Source: Limisphaerales bacterium
GTDB lineage: Bacteria > Verrucomicrobiota > Verrucomicrobiia > Limisphaerales > Palsa-1400
Assembly (NCBI GenBank): GCA_052325505.1
Contig: JBKQUS010000136.1
Coordinates: forward strand, 67,140-131,139
Direction: 5' to 3'
DNA: 64,000 bases
Shown here: positions 58,049 to 64,000 of the stretch, one piece after another
Position numbering within the stretch: the stretch's first letter is position 1
Layout of the letters: each line of letters begins with the position of its first letter
Program-made: the position numbers and the translations under genes
The notes under the pieces: generated by a model
What the model was told of the DNA's origin: nothing
What the model saw: only the letters and a program-made list of their open reading frames with translations
Databases searched by the model: none

Positions 58049-60247
58049 TCAGGCTGGATAATCCAGCGCTTCGCGCGTCATGACCTTGGTCAGTGAGTCG
58101 GCGGCGCGATCTTTGGCAAGTCGGCAGCCGGTCAGGCAGGTGTCCAATTTGGCGCGGAGAGAGACGAACCCTTCCAGTCCGTCGCATTTCACGCACGGGC
58201 CGGCTTTGGGCGGATGCGCTTCGCCGGCTTCGGCCACGTCGGCATAGGCGCGGGCCGAACCGTCGATGCCGGGCATGATGCCTTCGAGCGCCGTGAGCTC
58301 CTCGGCCGAGTAACAGGTATGGCAGCCCGCTTCGTCCCACGCCGGATGGCGATTGTAGCCGTGGACGATTTCGGCGGCGATGCGCCCCACTTCGCCCGCG
58401 GCGCGCGCCGCTTGCACATGGCAGAGGCCGGTGAAAAACGCCACCGTGCCGGCGAGTCCGTCGGCCAGCGCGGGGTTTTCCGCGCCTTTTGTTTCCAGCT
58501 CGATGACGTCAAGTATGAACTGCCGCGCGGCCAGCAACCAGCACAGCGCGTCGGCCAGCGGGAAAGTCACGCCCTGCCGCGTCTTGTGATAAAGCTTCAC
58601 CCCGGCGGCGTCGGTGGCGGTTTGCACATGTTGCAACGTCCAAAGCCACAGCTTCATCGCCGTGCCGAGCGCGCAGGCGCCGGTGCCGGGACGTTCGGAC
58701 GCGATATTCTTCAGTTCGGCAATCCACTGCTTGAATTGCGCCAGGAACAGGGGATTGGCCATCGTGATGGAAAGCTGTAATCGCTGCACCGCCTCCGGGC
58801 CTTCATAGGTGGCTTCCAGTTGCGCGTCCATCCATTTCTGGCCGAGGAAACCGGGGCAATCCTCCGTCACGCCGTAGCCGCCCATGAGGCTGACGGCTTC
58901 GCGCATCATGTTCGCGCCGTGGCCGGTATTCCAAAGCTTGCAGGCGGGGCAAAGAACGCTGGCCAGCGAATCGAGTTGGGCGAACCTGGCGAGCGGACCT
59001 TCAATGGGCTTGCGCGCGGCGAGCAATTTCAACGCTTCCTCCTGCGCCCTGGCCAATTCCTTGAACGCGGCGCGTCCGGCCAGTTTCTTCTCGGCCAGGA
59101 TGCGTTCCATTTCCTTTTCCAGCGGGTCGAGCTGGTCGAACAACCGCGCCGCCTCGAACCCCAGCGACGCGCTGGCCTCGCCCGTGGCCCAAATGTCCAC
59201 CAGACGGTGCAGGGCGTCTTCCTTCTGCTGGATGCCCAGTTCGTAGCGCGGTGTGCCGGGCGCGCCCTGTCCGCCGCGAAACCGCCGGCGCTGATAAAGA
59301 ATCACCGGCTCGACGGCGGAAAGCAGTTTGGCCGAAGTCATCAAGCCGACCGTGACGCGCGTGCGGCGGAACACGGCTTCAATGATTTCACTGTGCGAGT
59401 AATTCGGGACGATGACCCCGTCCTCGATCGCATAGCCGCCGACGATCCGGCTGGCGGGCACTTTAAGATTGAAAACCGGATCGTTGGTGGACGAAAGCTG
59501 GTGAACCAGTTTCTTTGTGGGCGTGCCGCGGTCCCAAATGCCCGGATCGCCTTCCTCCAAAATCACCATGCAACTGCCCTTGAGCTTCGGGTCGTCGGAC
59601 TGGACGGCGGCGGTGACCACATTGGCGAAACCCATGTTGGTGATAAACCGACCGCGTTTCTCGACCTGCAATAGAGGTTCCGAGCCGTCTTTCCATTCCG
59701 CGATGCGCACTTTGCCGGCCAGCATCCCAGTCTCGACCCCCACAAACGGAATCGGTTCGGTGAGGGCGAAGGCGGCGCGCACTTGTTTGCGGTTTTCTCC
59801 GGGCTTGAGCGGAGCGGCGTTGGCAACGTATTTCGCGCGTTGCTCCGGCGTGCCGCGCTCATGAATCGGGGCCAGGCCGAGATTGCCCGCCAGACTGCAT
59901 GTGGCCGCGCCCGCATCGACCCAGGACAATTCAAACGCGATCAGCGCCAGGGCGAGATTCTTTGGCCCGGCGATGAACCCGCCCTGTTCCGGATCGAGGA
60001 ACGCCGCCGTGATGCCGCTTTCGTCGAAGTGCGGCAGGAGACTGGCCTTTTCCGGCGTCCAATCGTGCGAATTGCGGCCGCCGGCGGCGACGAGCCTTGC
60101 CACCGGCCCGCGCGCCACGCCCCGCGTCCCTTGCACGAGCATGTGAAGATCATAACGGTCGGCAAAGCGCCACATGATCTGGCGGAGATCGTCGGAGGGC
60201 AGGGTGGTCAGCGCCGGGGACAGGGTTTCTTCAGCAATGGCGTTCAT
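58049..60247 (-). CDS. Acyl-CoA dehydrogenase family protein with Cys-containing C-terminal extension
   Basis: AFALTEP, FITN, CKLW, MGGYG, TYEG; tail with CHTC, CVKC, CLTGC. Confidence 0.9.
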   Translation of the reverse strand: MNAIAEETLSPALTTLPSDDLRQIMWRFADRYDLHMLVQGTRGVARGPVARLVAAGGRNSHDWTPEKASLLPHFDESGITAAFLDPEQGGFIAGPKNLALALIAFELSWVDAGAATCSLAGNLGLAPIHERGTPEQRAKYVANAAPLKPGENRKQVRAAFALTEPIPFVGVETGMLAGKVRIAEWKDGSEPLLQVEKRGRFITNMGFANVVTAAVQSDDPKLKGSCMVILEEGDPGIWDRGTPTKKLVHQLSSTNDPVFNLKVPASRIVGGYAIEDGVIVPNYSHSEIIEAVFRRTRVTVGLMTSAKLLSAVEPVILYQRRRFRGGQGAPGTPRYELGIQQKEDALHRLVDIWATGEASASLGFEAARLFDQLDPLEKEMERILAEKKLAGRAAFKELARAQEEALKLLAARKPIEGPLARFAQLDSLASVLCPACKLWNTGHGANMMREAVSLMGGYGVTEDCPGFLGQKWMDAQLEATYEGPEAVQRLQLSITMANPLFLAQFKQWIAELKNIASERPGTGACALGTAMKLWLWTLQHVQTATDAAGVKLYHKTRQGVTFPLADALCWLLAARQFILDVIELETKGAENPALADGLAGTVAFFTGLCHVQAARAAGEVGRIAAEIVHGYNRHPAWDEAGCHTCYSAEELTALEGIMPGIDGSARAYADVAEAGEAHPPKAGPCVKCDGLEGFVSLRAKLDTCLTGCRLAKDRAADSLTKVMTREALDYPA

Positions 60248-60561
60248 ATATTTTCAGAAGTTTTCGCGCGGCAAATTTCCAGCGCGGTCATGGCGAACAG
60301 CTTCTGCGGGCGAGGAATAACAATCAATCTTATTCCGCTGCACATTCATGCTGTGGTCTCGTTTTCCACCGCTCTCCCGGAGGCCCTGCACCCTGCGCTG
60401 CAATCCTTCAGAATGAGGGGAAAACGCCTTTAGATGAAGTGTGTGCCGAGCCGCATTGGCAGGGCTCCCAGGGTTGGTGGCAACATTGTTCTAATGCAAA
60501 AAAACTTGCAAAAACGGGCCGTCAGCCCAGAGTCAATCACATCTTTGGACTTAAAAAATTT

Positions 60562-61113
60562 ATGATGAAAAAAACGTGGCTGGGATTGCTGGCTTTGCAG
60601 ACGACAGCGTTGCTTTTAAGCGCCCCGGCCTTGACGGCGCAGGACAAACCTGCGGTCTCCGCGCCCGATGCCTCCAAGCCCCAGCCTGGTGCAGCCGCCA
60701 CCGCCAGGTTTTCTGATGAAATGGCCGACAAAGCTTTGCTGGCCATGAAGAAACACGCCGGGGAGCTTCACATCCAGGGGGTCGCCGTGGTGGCCTTTGC
60801 CCCCGGGGAAAGTGTTCAGTCGTGGTCATCGAAAATGCTGGTCGTCGGTCACTTGAAAAACTCCCCGGCTCAGAACAAAAAGGGGGACAACCTGCTCGGC
60901 ATCGCTTATTCCAAGGCCGCGGAAATGGCGGACACGCTGAAAGACAGTGGCAGCGGCATCCGGCCCCCCATGACGGGAGAATATGGCTGGCAGGGCGGAG
61001 TGGTCGCCAGGGGTAAAACGGGTATTTTGATCGCAGCCTTCAGTGGAGGTAGTTCGGAGGACGACGTAAAGGCCTCACGCGCCGGGCTGGCGGTCCTGGC
61101 CGACGGACTGTAA
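60562..61113 (+). CDS. Exported GlcG/HbpS (DUF336)-like protein
   Basis: Signal peptide; IAYSKA, GG, FSGGSSEDD...AGL resemble DUF336 motifs. Confidence 0.6.
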   Translation: MMKKTWLGLLALQTTALLLSAPALTAQDKPAVSAPDASKPQPGAAATARFSDEMADKALLAMKKHAGELHIQGVAVVAFAPGESVQSWSSKMLVVGHLKNSPAQNKKGDNLLGIAYSKAAEMADTLKDSGSGIRPPMTGEYGWQGGVVARGKTGILIAAFSGGSSEDDVKASRAGLAVLADGL

Positions 61114-61116
61114 AAG

Positions 61117-62100
61117 TCACTGGAACGCTGTCATGGCCTGGACCACCGAAGCCGGTTGCGCCATTCCGTCCGCCGCCAGCGAACCAAACCGCAGAATGAG
61201 TTGCGCGTAGCCTTTGCGGCCCACTCCCATGCGCAAAGCCTCCCGCGCTTCGCGACGGCACATTGGATTGAAGAACCCCCACGACAAGCCCAACGCTTGC
61301 GCCTGCAAAATGGTCCTGGCCATCGTCTGTCCGGCGGCCAGCCAGCCGTGCTTGTCATCCGTCTTGGTTTTCACCACGGCCAAAGCCGGCGCGGGATCTG
61401 AAATGGGACGAACCGGCTCCATGGTCTCATTCCCGGAATCCATGCGACGTCCGCCAAAAGCGAAATACCGCCGCACTCCGCGCCTCTGCCCCTCCGCCAC
61501 AAAGTCCGTTGAGTCTGCCGCCGAACGTTCCAGGTTCATCCGCAGTTGATCTCCCGCCTGCTTGATTTCCATGACAAGCTGCCGGCTCGTCTCGCTGTGC
61601 GCAAAATCCAGCCAGCCGCGTTCGCCCGCCGCAGCTTGACCCAGCGCTCCAAGCATCGTTTCGGAAACCGGGATCCCGCCCAGGGGCGAAACATCCGCGC
61701 GGCACTTGCTCATCGCCTCAAAAAGAACCTTTTCCCGCGCATCCCGTTCACGGCAAAAGCCAAAGTGGACCCTTGCCACCAGCGCGGGTTTATCAAGATC
61801 AGGAAACAACGCCACCCGGCCCAGGCAGCCGAAATGTCTCAGCGCCAGCTTTAAACACAAAAGGGCGGACCCGCAACCAATGATTAACTCGCGGCCATCC
61901 GGGTCCATCGCTTCCGGCGCTGCCGCGTCCCTGGCCATCAACTCCAGTTGCGTCTCTCCCAGCCGGAAATCCCATGGCCTCGACGTGCTCCCGGTGGGGG
62001 CCAGAGTCGCGTACTCGGCGGCGAACTCCAGTTTTTGGCGCGGCGAGCCGTCCGCCGGGAAATCCCCTTCCGTTACGTTCCTCAATCTGCTCGCGCTCAT
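61117..62100 (-). CDS. Acg-type nitroreductase-fold protein
   Basis: ATLAP....PW, DPDGRELIIGCG.AL, WLAAGQ, QLILRFG. Confidence 0.8.
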   Translation of the reverse strand: MSASRLRNVTEGDFPADGSPRQKLEFAAEYATLAPTGSTSRPWDFRLGETQLELMARDAAAPEAMDPDGRELIIGCGSALLCLKLALRHFGCLGRVALFPDLDKPALVARVHFGFCRERDAREKVLFEAMSKCRADVSPLGGIPVSETMLGALGQAAAGERGWLDFAHSETSRQLVMEIKQAGDQLRMNLERSAADSTDFVAEGQRRGVRRYFAFGGRRMDSGNETMEPVRPISDPAPALAVVKTKTDDKHGWLAAGQTMARTILQAQALGLSWGFFNPMCRREAREALRMGVGRKGYAQLILRFGSLAADGMAQPASVVQAMTAFQ

Positions 62101-62363
62101 GCGGCAACAGCAGCATCTCCTTTGCCACGCCGCGCAATGTCCGGACGCACTCCCTGCCGGCCGGAAATCCTTGTCCACATTTGCCCAGGTTGACCAGAAC
62201 CGCCCACTTTGGCTTCCTCATCCGGCAAGCAACCACTGAAATCATTCGGATAACTCTTTCGTTTTTTGTTCATCCCCGGCATAATGCAGGGAGGTATTTA
62301 CATTGTACAAACAATTTTTGTGGGGAAAGTTAATTACAGGCTCAGTTTGCCGGCCATGGCATT

Positions 62364-64000
62364 ATGAAAATCCCATTCCTTTGGCGATTTGTGTCGTTCC
62401 CAACCCTCCTCGTTATGGTGGCGATGTCTGCGGTCGCCCAGCCTTCGGGCGGACCTTACGGTCCCGTCCAGCAGAGTTACGCGGTGCCGGCGGACGCAGC
62501 GCACGTGTATTTCGTGTCGCCCGACGGGAACACCAACGCTTCCGGCGGGCAACTCCACAGCCCCACAACCCTCGACTCGGCGATTGCCCGCGCGGTGACC
62601 GGCGATGTCATCGTGTTGCGCGGGGGAACTTACCGCACCGGCAATCTCGAGGTGAACCAGGGCATCACCCTCCAGCCTTACGCGGAGGAATGCCCGGTGT
62701 TGAAAGGAACGCGAGTGGCTGCCTCATGGGAAGCGCTGCCCAAAAATGTCTGGCGCACAAAATGGCTGACCCTCTTTCCGCAGAAGCCGGCGACTTGGTG
62801 GAGGCGGGAACACGAGGGTATGTTCACGCCCCTGCATCGCTTCAACAACGACATGGTCTTCGTGGATGACCGCGCTTTGCAGTCGGCCGGTTGGGAAGGA
62901 GAACTGGACGCGAACAACTTTTCGATCGATTACGAGAATGGCCACGTGTTCCTCGGATTCGATCCTTCGAATCACGTCATCGAAATCACCGCTTTTGACT
63001 GTGCCATCGCGCGGACGACGAAAGACGTCCACGGCAAAAAGTCTGACGGCAAAGGGCTGACCGTTCGCGGTCTCACCTTCACTCAATACGCCTATCGCGC
63101 GATTGAAATTGAAGGCGCGGAGCCGGAGGGCGTCGCCGATCCGGCCACGTACGGAAAGGACGTCGTCGGATCCACTTTTGAGAATGTTACCATTTCCCAT
63201 TGCTCTCGCGCGGCCGGTTATTTTCGAGGCGACAAATTGGTGTTTCGTAATTGCCTCATCACCGACACCGGCACCGAGGGCCTTTACATCATCGCGTCCT
63301 CGGATTGCCTCTTGGAAAGGAACATCTTTGCGCGGAACAACGTGGAGCAGATCACCGGTTATTTCCCCTCGGCGGTGAAGATCTTCAATCAGACTTGGCG
63401 TGTCGTGTGCCGCGACAACGTCGTGGTGGACCAGCCCCATTCGAACGGCATCTGGTATGACGTTGGCAATCATGACGGCGTGTTCGAGAACAACTGGGTC
63501 GAGAATTGCCTTGCCGGATTCTTTCTCGAGATTTCCAAAGGAGCGATTTGCGCCGGCAACGTCTTTGTCAATTGCCAAAACGGCATTCACATCCTCAACA
63601 GCACTAATGCCCAGGTCTATCACAACTCCTTCATGAACGCGCCCGCCGTCTTTGAACGCACCACACGCAGCGCCGTGGCCGATCACTTCGGATGGCATCC
63701 CAGCACCGGGCCGGGCGTGGATCAGCGTGACGGACACGTCTTCGTTGGGAACTTGCTGGCTGCGGATGAGAGGTGCCGCGAGCCGCTCCTGCAATTCAAA
63801 CAAGCCAAAGCGCTGTGCGGCAAACTCGTCAAGCCGCAAGTCTCACAACTCGATTACAACGTCTATGTGCGCAGCGGCGATTCCACCCGGACAAACCTGA
63901 TCACCTGGTCTCCGGCGCCCGGAGCGAACTGCTCCGTTGAACTCCACACGCTTGAGGAATTGCGCCGGCTCCATCCTGAATTCGAATCGCACGGCATTTA
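62364..64000 (+). CDS. Secreted right-handed parallel beta-helix protein, 3'-partial (absent from the ORF track)
   Basis: Hand translation MKIPFLWRF...AQPSGGPYGP...YFVSPDG...GDVIVLRGGTYR...GIWYDVGN..GVFENN; no stop seen before the window edge. Confidence 0.85.
   Translation, partial: MKIPFLWRFVSFPTLLVMVAMSAVAQPSGGPYGPVQQSYAVPADAAHVYFVSPDGNTNASGGQLHSPTTLDSAIARAVTGDVIVLRGGTYRTGNLEVNQGITLQPYAEECPVLKGTRVAASWEALPKNVWRTKWLTLFPQKPATWWRREHEGMFTPLHRFNNDMVFVDDRALQSAGWEGELDANNFSIDYENGHVFLGFDPSNHVIEITAFDCAIARTTKDVHGKKSDGKGLTVRGLTFTQYAYRAIEIEGAEPEGVADPATYGKDVVGSTFENVTISHCSRAAGYFRGDKLVFRNCLITDTGTEGLYIIASSDCLLERNIFARNNVEQITGYFPSAVKIFNQTWRVVCRDNVVVDQPHSNGIWYDVGNHDGVFENNWVENCLAGFFLEISKGAICAGNVFVNCQNGIHILNSTNAQVYHNSFMNAPAVFERTTRSAVADHFGWHPSTGPGVDQRDGHVFVGNLLAADERCREPLLQFKQAKALCGKLVKPQVSQLDYNVYVRSGDSTRTNLITWSPAPGANCSVELHTLEELRRLHPEFESHGI

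Overview
GC-rich bacterial chromosomal window. The gene repertoire (H-X9-DG prepilin-like proteins, DUF3106, planctomycete-type cytochrome c, PUR protein, '..FYxV' C-terminal domain) suggests Verrucomicrobiota or another PVC lineage (inference). It holds a surface-glycan/LPS cluster with msbA (1-10.9 kb), housekeeping genes (argJ, argB, bioB, hflX, thiM, miaA, lgt, prfC, rsfS, nadD), a LemA-TPM-TPM operon, two tandem O-antigen ligase/polymerase-like paralogues, glycoside hydrolases (GH78, GH30), an ECF sigma/anti-sigma/DUF3106 triad, two toxin-antitoxin-like pairs and an atypical ACAD/ETF-QO/ETF operon. Intergenic gaps carry much debris: a group II intron relic, fragments of GH29, nadE, MFS and short-Argonaute genes, and an IS481-like end. 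I saw no rRNA, tRNA or CRISPR array. The two most unusual signals are (i) a dispersed 94-bp element in three copies, with a fixed scaffold, an IHF-like core and six boxes whose sequence co-varies within each copy, and (ii) an ORF6N gene whose coding sequence holds a perfect 27-bp palindrome mirrored by a same-geometry palindrome just upstream. All family calls come from motif recognition by eye; no searches were run.
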